From the NCBI GenBank assembly GCA_965222235.1, contig OZ244939.1:493942-557941 (forward strand): a stretch of 64,000 nucleotides of DNA, written 5' to 3'. Origin of the DNA: Minisyncoccota bacterium (GTDB lineage: Bacteria > Patescibacteriota > Minisyncoccia > Phycocordibacterales > JABAAK01). The notes beneath the pieces were generated by a model. The model ran no database searches, was not told where the DNA came from, and saw only the letters and a list, made by a program, of their open reading frames with translations. Shown one piece after another: positions 39,973-48,242 of the stretch. The number at the start of each line of letters is the position of its first letter. Within the stretch, counting starts at the first letter, position 1. The translations under genes were made by a program, and so were the position numbers.

Positions 39973-41595
39973 TCAGAAACGGAGACGATATGCTGCATGG
40001 AAGTCGCTGGTGTCGCCGGCGCTGAACTGGCTGTGGTTGGCCATGATCTCGAGAGATTCATGCTCACCCAGGTTGTAGGTCGCGGCGATGCCGGCGCGGC
40101 GGTTCCATCCGTCGCTTCCCTTGATGTCAACATCTCCGAAGACGGTGTCCGCGGAGCCGCCGAGGAACTTGCTGAGGTCCCCCGACAGATTGACTGAGAA
40201 GTTGCCGTCGGTGTACACATCGTACTGCCCGCTGAATCCGAGTGCCCGACCCCGTGCCTTGTGGATGAGGTCGGTCGGATCAGATTGCTGCCAGGTCATC
40301 CTGACGAACAGATTCTGATGCCCGAAGTCGGCATCAAAGGACATCGCTCCGCGATACCCGAACTCACGTCCGAGACCGAAGAACTCGTTCCGGCTCCCGT
40401 ATGCCACGCGACCGAAGAGGTCGTTTGCCATGGCATATCCGACACCGGCGACATATTCGTCGTCATTGCCGGCAACAATCGGGAACAGTCCGACCGCCTT
40501 TCCGTTTTCCAGAATCGGCACACCCGGGGTGAACTGGAACAGTCCAAGAGATGTGTGGCTCAGGGTGACCTCGCGGGCATGACCGCTGTTTGCATGGGTG
40601 AATGTCCCGGAGATGCTTGCTTTCCCAGGGAATGTCATAGCCCGCATGTGCGCGGGGGTAACACTGCCGATGACACTGTCCACGCCGACCACCTGCCAGC
40701 GACCGTCACGCATGACGGTCATGCAGGTGAAGTCTGCCCGACCGAGACCTTCCAGGGCCGATTCCCTGATCGCGCAGGCTTTCGCCAGCTTGATCAGGTT
40801 GTTCCGGGAGGTGTCCGGAAACACCATCAAGACGGATCCCAGAGCAGCCGCGACCTGCGGTACGGATACCGAGGTGCCGGGAAGCACCGCGTCACCCAAC
40901 TCAAACCTGAACGGTGCATAGATGCACTGGTCACCAACACCCTCGCAGCTCACCGAATACGGGTCGCGAACAACCCGACCGTTCTCCACCGCGTATCCGG
41001 CGACGAACAGAACCCTGTCCTCCCGGATTGCGGCAAGAATGTCCGGATCGGTTATGTTCTTGAGATCAACCTCGGAATTGGGATCAATGCCGTTCTGTCC
41101 GTTGCCCGTTCCCTGGATGAGCGCAAACGGTGTTTGCTGACGATGCAGTTCTTGAAGTGCACCCCTGTCGACAGCAAATGAGCCCGAAACGATCTTGGTG
41201 GTGGACGGGATGACATCGGCGTAGACTCCTGCTGGGCCGCCGTGACCTGCGGTAAGGCTGGAATCGATGACGGTGAAAGGCTCGCCGTCGCCACAGCCGA
41301 CGATGAATGCCTTGCAGGAAATCTGTGCCATCTGGCTCGCATGACCGTTCGGGTCGTCCCGATCGGATGCAAACTCAAGGATGGTGTACATCCCCGCCAC
41401 CTCAGCAACGGTTGCCTTCAGTTCGCTCCGCGGGATGCGACCGATGCCGGGAAGTGGACCTGTACCGACGGCCGGTACTTCTGGACCCGGCGGCACTGGC
41501 GGTTTCACGGGCGGTGGATCGGTTCTGGTATTGCCACCACCACCACAACCAGCAAGGAAGAGCAGCATGAGTGCTGCGGAAAGGTATTGTTTCAC
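39973..41595 (-). CDS. S8 (subtilisin-like) peptidase lipoprotein with a beta-barrel-like C-terminus
   Basis: Lipobox LAGC-GGGG, Pro-rich linker, NGHASQMA (His), QGTGNG (Asn), GTSVSVPQVAAAL (Ser); amphipathic beta C-terminus ending YRLRF. Start is GTG 41595 or ATG 41625. Confidence 0.75.
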   Translation of the reverse strand: MKQYLSAALMLLFLAGCGGGGNTRTDPPPVKPPVPPGPEVPAVGTGPLPGIGRIPRSELKATVAEVAGMYTILEFASDRDDPNGHASQMAQISCKAFIVGCGDGEPFTVIDSSLTAGHGGPAGVYADVIPSTTKIVSGSFAVDRGALQELHRQQTPFALIQGTGNGQNGIDPNSEVDLKNITDPDILAAIREDRVLFVAGYAVENGRVVRDPYSVSCEGVGDQCIYAPFRFELGDAVLPGTSVSVPQVAAALGSVLMVFPDTSRNNLIKLAKACAIRESALEGLGRADFTCMTVMRDGRWQVVGVDSVIGSVTPAHMRAMTFPGKASISGTFTHANSGHAREVTLSHTSLGLFQFTPGVPILENGKAVGLFPIVAGNDDEYVAGVGYAMANDLFGRVAYGSRNEFFGLGREFGYRGAMSFDADFGHQNLFVRMTWQQSDPTDLIHKARGRALGFSGQYDVYTDGNFSVNLSGDLSKFLGGSADTVFGDVDIKGSDGWNRRAGIAATYNLGEHESLEIMANHSQFSAGDTSDFHAAYRLRF

Positions 41596-41735
41596 GTCGG
41601 TTTCCTCTCGTGTGTGAATGGACAAGTATGATTTACTCTAATGCCTATTTTACCACACTATCTATTTATATACAATTTTTGTGGATTTTGCCCTGAAACC
41701 TTTTAGATACAAAGGCTATCTGTCCGTGCTGTGAT

Positions 41736-41832
41736 GTGTCGCAGAAATCGTTTCCCAAACGGACACTGTGTCTAGAATTCTTCTCTCTTGTATGTATTCT
41801 GATTGCCGCATCCTCCACCAATGTGGCAATGA
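41736..41832 (+). pseudogene. Degenerate, out-of-frame signal-peptide remnant in front of cassette D
   Basis: Encodes PKRTLCLEFFSLVCILIAASSTNV versus copy A PKLALCLGLFSLVCILIATSSANV. Joined out of frame to the repeat body at 41832. Confidence 0.85.
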
Positions 41833-44067
41833 TGGACAGAGGGAAGCCGTACCTGCTACCCCCCGAACTATACCAAAGTCGCACACGGCAGCTCGGGCAC
41901 CTTTGAAGACACCAGTGGCGGCTCCCGGGGATCCGTCTCCTACAGCTGCAGCAGCACGGTGCTTGAATACAGCAATGTTGACTGCCACACCGCTACCAAA
42001 GCCTGCCCCCCGACAAGACGGACCTGGCTCAATACCTGCAGTGGTATTAGTCCGGCACGGGCTCACAACAGCAGTGTTGAAGTGACCAATGATCAGTCAG
42101 GTTACACCGGCGAAGCTGTCTTTTCGTGTGATAACGGGAGCTGGAGTGTGAGTGATACGAGCTGCAGCTCCACCTGCTCCTGCGGCTCCTGGACACCGGC
42201 GAGATCAACAGCGTGCTCCGGGAACTCCCTTACCCAGACACGCACCTGCACGGGCTGTCCGTCAAGTACACCAAAATCCAGATCCACAACCGGCACCAAG
42301 TCTGCCTCCGCGGTCGGCTGCAGATGTACCGGAGGAAGACAGACCTGGTCCACCAACTGCAGTGATTATGTATCCCTGAAATCTCACGGCTCCTCATTCA
42401 GTGCGACCAATGATAAAAGCTACTATACCGGTTCGGCGACTTTTTCGTGTGATACCGGGAGCTGGAGTGTGAGTGATACGAGCTGCAGCTCCACCTGCTC
42501 CTGCGGCTCCTGGACACCGGCGAGATCAACAGCGTGCTCCGGGAACTCCCTTACCCAGACACGCACCTGCACGGGCTGTCCGTCAAGTACACCAAAATCC
42601 AGATCCACAACCGGCACCAAGTCTGCCTCCGCGGTCGGCTGCAGATGTACCGGAGGAAGACAGACCTGGTCCACCAACTGCAGTGATTATGTATCCCTGA
42701 AATCTCACGGCTCCTCATTCAGTGCGACCAATGATAAAAGCTACTATACCGGTTCGGCGACTTTTTCGTGTGATACCGGGAGCTGGAGTGTGAGTGATAC
42801 GAGCTGCAGCTCCACCTGCTCCTGCGGCTCCTGGACACCGGCGAGATCAACAGCGTGCTCCGGGAACTCCCTTACCCAGACACGCACCTGCACGGGCTGT
42901 CCGTCAAGTACACCAAAATCCAGATCCACAACCGGCACCAAGTCTGCCTCCGCGGTCGGCTGCAGATGTACCGGAGGAAGACAGACCTGGTCCACCAACT
43001 GCAGTGATTATGTATCCCTGAAATCTCACGGCTCCTCATTCAGTGCGACCAATGATAAAAGCTACTATACCGGTTCGGCGACTTTTTCGTGTGATACCGG
43101 GAGCTGGAGTGTGAGTGATACGAGCTGCAGCTCCACCTGCTCCTGCGGCTCCTGGACACCGGCGAGATCAACAGCGTGCTCCGGGAACTCCCTTACCCAG
43201 ACACGCACCTGCACGGGCTGTCCGTCAAGTACACCAAAATCCAGATCCACAACCGGCACCAAGTCTGCCTCCGCGGTCGGCTGCAGATGTACCGGAGGAA
43301 GACAGACCTGGTCCACCAACTGCAGTGATTATGTATCCCTGAAATCTCACGGCTCCTCATTCAGTGCGACCAATGATAAAAGCTACTATACCGGTTCGGC
43401 GACTTTTTCGTGTGATACCGGGAGCTGGAGTGTGAGTGATACGAGCTGCAGCTCCACCTGCTCCTGCGGCTCCTGGACATCCTGGACACCGGCGACATCA
43501 ACAGAGTGTAAAGGTGTCAGCTTTACCCAGACACGGACACGCTCCTGCACGGGCTGTTCGTCCTCAAAATCCACAAGCCAATCCAGATCCAAAACGGGTA
43601 CCAAGACGACGGGGGCATGTAGTATAATTGGTCGGTGTGGTACAACCCGAGACAGATGCAAGAGTGGTTGGAGTGCGGTACAGACAACCCAACATGACAC
43701 CTCCACCCATGAGAAATGGAGGTGTCAAGGTCCGGCTTCAGCGGGGAGGCGGCTCACTAGTTTGTGTAGTGTGATAACTGGAGTCAGGCCCAGTTGTGGT
43801 CCTTCAACTACATATAACATTGCCAGACCATATCAATGCATTCGATGGGGTACTTGTACACAGGGTAAATCTGGTGAAAGTGTGAGCTGTTGCAAGCAAT
43901 ATAGAGGCGGGCTGGGTAGTAGCGCAACTTCTTTGTGCTCAAGTGGTGTTGGATCGGGTTGGAGAAAAAAACCCGGTGATACTACTTGTAAATGGGTTTG
44001 GGAATGTAGAGGAACTGGAGCTTACAGCAGTGAAGTTAGAGTTTGCGGGAGGAGAAAGAAAGATTAG
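41833..44067 (+). CDS. Headless cassette D of the Cys-rich surface protein
   Basis: Frame opens after TGA at 41830-41832 (WTEGSRTC...); four 107-aa units; own C-terminal tip. Confidence 0.85.
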   Translation, partial: WTEGSRTCYPPNYTKVAHGSSGTFEDTSGGSRGSVSYSCSSTVLEYSNVDCHTATKACPPTRRTWLNTCSGISPARAHNSSVEVTNDQSGYTGEAVFSCDNGSWSVSDTSCSSTCSCGSWTPARSTACSGNSLTQTRTCTGCPSSTPKSRSTTGTKSASAVGCRCTGGRQTWSTNCSDYVSLKSHGSSFSATNDKSYYTGSATFSCDTGSWSVSDTSCSSTCSCGSWTPARSTACSGNSLTQTRTCTGCPSSTPKSRSTTGTKSASAVGCRCTGGRQTWSTNCSDYVSLKSHGSSFSATNDKSYYTGSATFSCDTGSWSVSDTSCSSTCSCGSWTPARSTACSGNSLTQTRTCTGCPSSTPKSRSTTGTKSASAVGCRCTGGRQTWSTNCSDYVSLKSHGSSFSATNDKSYYTGSATFSCDTGSWSVSDTSCSSTCSCGSWTPARSTACSGNSLTQTRTCTGCPSSTPKSRSTTGTKSASAVGCRCTGGRQTWSTNCSDYVSLKSHGSSFSATNDKSYYTGSATFSCDTGSWSVSDTSCSSTCSCGSWTSWTPATSTECKGVSFTQTRTRSCTGCSSSKSTSQSRSKTGTKTTGACSIIGRCGTTRDRCKSGWSAVQTTQHDTSTHEKWRCQGPASAGRRLTSLCSVITGVRPSCGPSTTYNIARPYQCIRWGTCTQGKSGESVSCCKQYRGGLGSSATSLCSSGVGSGWRKKPGDTTCKWVWECRGTGAYSSEVRVCGRRKKD
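42135..43478. repeat. Tandem 321-bp coding repeat, about 4 copies, in cassette D
   Basis: Apparently identical units at 321-bp period; same unit as in copies A, B and C. Confidence 0.92.
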
Positions 44068-44110
44068 GATGATTCCGATTATTATTTATATTAATTAAAG
44101 TAAAAAACAT

Positions 44111-45388
44111 ATGACTAAAAAGAAAATAATTATCACCGTATTATCACTCGCATTGATTACCTTTGCAATGTTTGTCCTTATGGCAAACAACCGGACATCC
44201 GACACAGATATAATATATGGTCTGCCGAATCCACATGATGCACACTCGGTTTCGCACCTAACAGACGGTGGTGTTGCGCTACTCGGCTCTCTTCGACATT
44301 TGCATGAAGAGACATATTCAGAGGAGGATGAGTACGGGCACGAAAATGAAGAAGAGGAGGATGAAGAGGAAGATGACAATACCGTATCAGAAGTATTTCT
44401 CTTCTCGTCTGAAGGAATTTTACTTGATTCACTGAAAGATGAGACTAACACAGGAATGGGACGAAGTGTCGTCGGGTTTGACAATACAATCCTCATCTCA
44501 TTCCCGGAAGCGAATGATCGTTCCGGTTTTATCGGAATATACCGAGTTAGCAGCGGGAAACTTGAAAAAACTGGTGAGATCAGACCGTCTGAGGATGGTA
44601 ATGAACTTGACTTCGGTGGATCAATGGATATAGCAGGCGATCTGTTGTTCATCGGAGCTGATGACAGATCAGTTGGCGACAGAGAAGAGGTGGGCGGCGT
44701 GTATGTCTTAGATCTGAATAGCGGGAGGGAGTTGTCAATTTTCAGTCCGGATGCCGTTGAAGAGCATGAATTCGGGGCAAAAGTACTCGCGCATGAGGAT
44801 ACCGGGACATTGATTGTTGCCTCAGAAGGCATCGTTAGCGCGGTAGGCGGAGGCGGGTCTGTGGATATTTTCTCATATTCAGATGCCGGGACACTGACTT
44901 ATCTGCAGCATATTCCTCACCCCGACAACTTCGCCGGCTTGTTTGCCCATTCATTAGTACATACAGATGACCATTTGCTTATAGGATCTGTTTCAGACTT
45001 GGAGAATGTTGAGAATGAGCAATTGTCAGGAACGCACGGCAGGGTGTATATGTATAAACGAAACGGGGATTTGTACAAGTATGTCGGCTACACGCAGGGC
45101 ACAAAACACTCAGGATTTGGGTTTGAAATGAAATATGACAATGAAACAGACGAGGTTCTTATTTCTTCGCCGGCGATACACACAATAGGGGTGTATACAA
45201 TCGTACAAGATGCCCTGCGACACCAATACAACATCACCGCCAACGCAATATTCTTCGGTCATTCTTTTGATATAGAAGGCGATCGACTGGCATCCACTGC
45301 ACTGGGTATTGAGATTGGTGACGAAAAGTTCGTCTTCTGTGAAAAAACCATTACCGGTCGGTACGGCAATTGTACGGAGAAGAAATAG
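44111..45388 (+). CDS. Membrane-anchored FG-GAP/integrin-alpha-like beta-propeller protein (paralog 2)
   Basis: Collinear, diverged paralog of 37294-38565 (DETNTGMGRSV, ISFPEANDRSGFIG, GNELDFGGSMDIAG, EIGDEKFVFC). Confidence 0.8.
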   Translation: MTKKKIIITVLSLALITFAMFVLMANNRTSDTDIIYGLPNPHDAHSVSHLTDGGVALLGSLRHLHEETYSEEDEYGHENEEEEDEEEDDNTVSEVFLFSSEGILLDSLKDETNTGMGRSVVGFDNTILISFPEANDRSGFIGIYRVSSGKLEKTGEIRPSEDGNELDFGGSMDIAGDLLFIGADDRSVGDREEVGGVYVLDLNSGRELSIFSPDAVEEHEFGAKVLAHEDTGTLIVASEGIVSAVGGGGSVDIFSYSDAGTLTYLQHIPHPDNFAGLFAHSLVHTDDHLLIGSVSDLENVENEQLSGTHGRVYMYKRNGDLYKYVGYTQGTKHSGFGFEMKYDNETDEVLISSPAIHTIGVYTIVQDALRHQYNITANAIFFGHSFDIEGDRLASTALGIEIGDEKFVFCEKTITGRYGNCTEKK

Positions 45389-45436
45389 TATTCGGTGTGC
45401 AGATCGGGCAGTACATATGATATACTTCACAGATAT

Positions 45437-46156
45437 ATGGAACCGCTTGATGTACTGGCATTCGGTCCGCACCCGGACGATGTTGAATTCGGCTGTGGCG
45501 GATATGTCATAAAGGCGGTGAAAGAAGGGAAGAGGGTCGGCATCATTGACCTGACGCAGGGTGAAATGGGCACGAACGGCACGCCCGAAGAGCGGCAGAA
45601 AGAGGCACAGGAAGCGGCGCGCATTATGGGCGTGACGGTACGGGAGAATCTGATGCTCCCGAACGGCCGCCTGTACAACTCGCCGGAGGTGCAGAAAACA
45701 ATCATCACCGCAATCCGCACCCATCGCCCCGGCACGATACTGATCCCGTACGACTATGACCGCCATCCGGATCACGAGAACGCCTCCCGCCTCGTTCGCG
45801 AGGCGGTCTTCACCACGGGGCTCGTGAAATACAGAACGGGAGACCTGCCGCCTCACCGCCCGACACATTTCCTCTACTATTCCCTCTGGATTGAATTTGA
45901 TCCGTCGTTCATTCTGAACATCACGGATGAATATGACACAAAAATCAGGGCTCTCATGGCGCACGAATCACAGTTCACCGCAAGGGAGGGAAGCATCGCG
46001 ACCGTTGACACGGGCGACGAGGTGAAGAAATTCTGGGAAGCCCGGGCCAGGCACTGCGGATTCATGGCGGGCGTGACCTTCGGCGAACCGTACAGGAGCG
46101 TCTACTTCCCGATTGCGCTTGACAAAACAGATGCAATGTTGCCTAACTTGTTTTAA
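45437..46156 (+). CDS. bshB1: PIG-L family deacetylase, BshB1-like (bacillithiol biosynthesis)
   Basis: DVLAFGPHPDDVEFGCGG, DLTQGEMGTNGTPEERQKEA, DRHPDH and AHESQF motifs. Confidence 0.8.
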   Translation: MEPLDVLAFGPHPDDVEFGCGGYVIKAVKEGKRVGIIDLTQGEMGTNGTPEERQKEAQEAARIMGVTVRENLMLPNGRLYNSPEVQKTIITAIRTHRPGTILIPYDYDRHPDHENASRLVREAVFTTGLVKYRTGDLPPHRPTHFLYYSLWIEFDPSFILNITDEYDTKIRALMAHESQFTAREGSIATVDTGDEVKKFWEARARHCGFMAGVTFGEPYRSVYFPIALDKTDAMLPNLF

Positions 46157-46177
46157 CCGTAAAAACAGGCAGAAAAA

Positions 46178-46206
46178 TTGATTTTATACAAAATATATGG
46201 TATATT
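46178..46206 (+). promoter_or_regulatory. Putative sigma70 promoter
   Basis: TTGATT-17 bp-TATATT with extended TG, upstream of the 46270 ORF. Confidence 0.45.
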
Positions 46207-46269
46207 CTGGTTGGATGTACACACGTTGACATATCCCCACCTTTTCCACACAACACACGGAGAAGTTCC

Positions 46270-47106
46270 ATGACAAGAGATAAACCCGAACAGTCCGGCG
46301 GCACGTCCGGTCGACGCCGACGCGGTGCCGGCAAAACAGCGCAGTCTGCCGACAAGGCCCCACAGCAGCAGCCCGATCCTGCCGAAACGGCACCGGGCAC
46401 GTCCGCAGACGGCGAAGCGACATCGGCCGTTGAGTGGAAATGGCATGCGTTCATCGGACGAATCGTCGATGGTGAGCGTTACAAACACTGGTTCATGTCT
46501 GCATGCCAGCGTTGCAAACACTGGTTCATGTCTGCGTGCAGCCGGTGTGTGGCGGTCTGGTCAGTCTCACCCGGGACGACAAACCGGGCTAGAGTTGCCG
46601 TATTGGTTGCATTTGTTGGGCTCCTGGTGCTGGTAACGGTGGTGTCTATAGTGAAGTTGATGCAGGTGGAAACCAGTCCTTCGGCAGCACAGCAGATTGC
46701 CGCGAAGAATGAATGCACCATATTCCGCCCGCAGTATCAGCAGCATCTGAGTCCGGTACTCACCGAAGGGGGTGTGAAACGGTACAACAGGTCAGTCTGG
46801 TGTCAGTACAACCATGAGCTTGCCGGATGGTTCGCCGGACAGCTGGCGATTGGCATGCCGGAAAACAGCGAGTGGACAAGGCTGCATATATCTGATGAGC
46901 GGACGGTGTCATTCGCCTCCTGCACGGAAGATTTGCCGTTCCACGCCGGTCCGAGCGCAGCCTCGCGGCTGTGCACCGCACTGTTCGCCGTCTATGAGGA
47001 ACGGACGAGTCGGGAGAACGTGCTGGAAAATCTGAACAGTGCGGGACTGCCAACCCTCACCGTTGCCGATCTGAGGCGTTTCATCCCGACCCTGAACACG
47101 GAATAG
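46270..47106 (+). CDS. Hypothetical single-TM protein
   Basis: 278-aa ORF with one TM helix, flanked by a promoter and a terminator; internal 33-bp duplication (KHWFMSAC twice). Confidence 0.6.
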   Translation: MTRDKPEQSGGTSGRRRRGAGKTAQSADKAPQQQPDPAETAPGTSADGEATSAVEWKWHAFIGRIVDGERYKHWFMSACQRCKHWFMSACSRCVAVWSVSPGTTNRARVAVLVAFVGLLVLVTVVSIVKLMQVETSPSAAQQIAAKNECTIFRPQYQQHLSPVLTEGGVKRYNRSVWCQYNHELAGWFAGQLAIGMPENSEWTRLHISDERTVSFASCTEDLPFHAGPSAASRLCTALFAVYEERTSRENVLENLNSAGLPTLTVADLRRFIPTLNTE

Positions 47107-47127
47107 GGAAAAGCGTCGCACGCACAG

Positions 47128-47161
47128 AAGGAGGGTTCGTTTGAACCCTCCTTTTTCTTTT
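47128..47161 (+). terminator. Intrinsic terminator
   Basis: aaggagggttc-gttt-gaaccctcctt followed by a T-run. Confidence 0.85.
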
Positions 47162-47246
47162 ACAGAACCCGACGATGTGTGGTATAACATAGATGGGTAT
47201 TGCGGATGTCCCGTAATGCCGTGAACAAACAAGTAAGGAGATACCG

Positions 47247-48230
47247 TTGGTTAAAAAAATCTTTCTTGGGGATCAGTCTCCGTGGAACGGCGGCTGGCTG
47301 CGCGTTGATGCGGCGAGAGAACTGCTGAAAACGGAAAAAGACATGGAAATCGTGTACATGCGGCAGGATGTGGATCCCCCGTGGGTTCCCAGCGCACAGC
47401 CGGGAACTGATGTACGGCAGCGCGAAGGGTTCATTAAGTACGCATCCGTCGCCACACGGGTTCCGTGGACACTGGAAACGCCGAGGGTCCGCCTAACAGA
47501 CCCACTCCAGAGCATGAGCCTTCGGAGCGGGTTTCAATATCTGGTGGGACCGCCGACGAACCGAACGCTGTGGGGCTTTCGGCAGGATTCCGTGTACAGG
47601 GACGTGTTTCACGGCCTGTTGCGCACGGATGCCGAGCATGCAGCACGGCTTAAACGAATTATCACAAACGAGTCGTACGGCGGAAGTATGAAAATAGTTG
47701 AGCAGCAGCTGGACACCGTTTCGGACACCTGCAGGCAGGAATTGTCGCTCGTGGAGTACTTCCGGGAAAAGAAACCGGAGCTCCTCGGCACCCTGCCCGC
47801 GGCACAGTTCTGGGAGGTGGAGCCGGAAGAGGGGCGCAGGGTGACGTTTAGCGGACAGGTTGACCCCTCCCGAACGTATGTTCCCAAGGGGATTGCCCTC
47901 ATTCTTGAGCTCTCAGTCCGGGGATTCGCCGTCGGTCACTCAAATCTTCCGTACCTGTCCGAGGTGATGCGTCTGCGGGACGCATTTCTGCCCGACCATC
48001 CCGTCTCTCTCTGTCGGATTGCCTTTGACTGGCATCCGCACCAGGATCCGTTGCCACCGCTCCTCAGCGAATGGAATCGGAAACGGGAGCGGGCCGGCAG
48101 GAAATCCGGATGGGTGAACAAGGGGGATTTGCAGCTGATATATGAATACTGGAGAAGGCATCCGACCTTCATTTCTCTGGACATTCTCGGCGGCGATGTA
48201 CGGCCGTCACTGACCTGGGAAACCTGCTGA
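47247..48230 (+). CDS. Hypothetical protein
   Basis: 327-aa ORF with AAGGAG Shine-Dalgarno before a TTG start; no recognised motif. Confidence 0.6.
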   Translation: MVKKIFLGDQSPWNGGWLRVDAARELLKTEKDMEIVYMRQDVDPPWVPSAQPGTDVRQREGFIKYASVATRVPWTLETPRVRLTDPLQSMSLRSGFQYLVGPPTNRTLWGFRQDSVYRDVFHGLLRTDAEHAARLKRIITNESYGGSMKIVEQQLDTVSDTCRQELSLVEYFREKKPELLGTLPAAQFWEVEPEEGRRVTFSGQVDPSRTYVPKGIALILELSVRGFAVGHSNLPYLSEVMRLRDAFLPDHPVSLCRIAFDWHPHQDPLPPLLSEWNRKRERAGRKSGWVNKGDLQLIYEYWRRHPTFISLDILGGDVRPSLTWETC

Positions 48231-48242
48231 CACGCATCCCTG

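Noticed and set aside
33379-43478. Tandem repeats as a CRISPR array
   Set aside because: Units are 321 bp, in-frame coding, with no unique spacers and no cas operon.
33152-43706. Recurrent short ORFs (MVDQVCLPPV..., MIRAAAPPAP..., MEVSCWVV...)
   Set aside because: Alternate-frame or antisense shadows of the repeated Cys-rich coding unit.
32602-44067. Diversity-generating retroelement (TR/VR pair)
   Set aside because: No reverse transcriptase in the window, differences between copies are not confined to adenines, and the tips are wholesale different sequences rather than point-mutated copies.
35672-44067. Cassettes B, C and D as ordinary complete genes starting at the ORF-track TTG/GTG codons (35708, 39682, 41959)
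   Set aside because: These codons are internal Leu/Val codons of the shared sequence, with no signal peptide, and homology to copy A extends upstream of them.
32602-44067. Whole locus as a pure assembly artefact
   Set aside because: Not fully excluded, but the copies carry private substitutions, distinct tips, a diverged leader remnant and diverged flanking propeller paralogs. Exact repeat counts remain uncertain.
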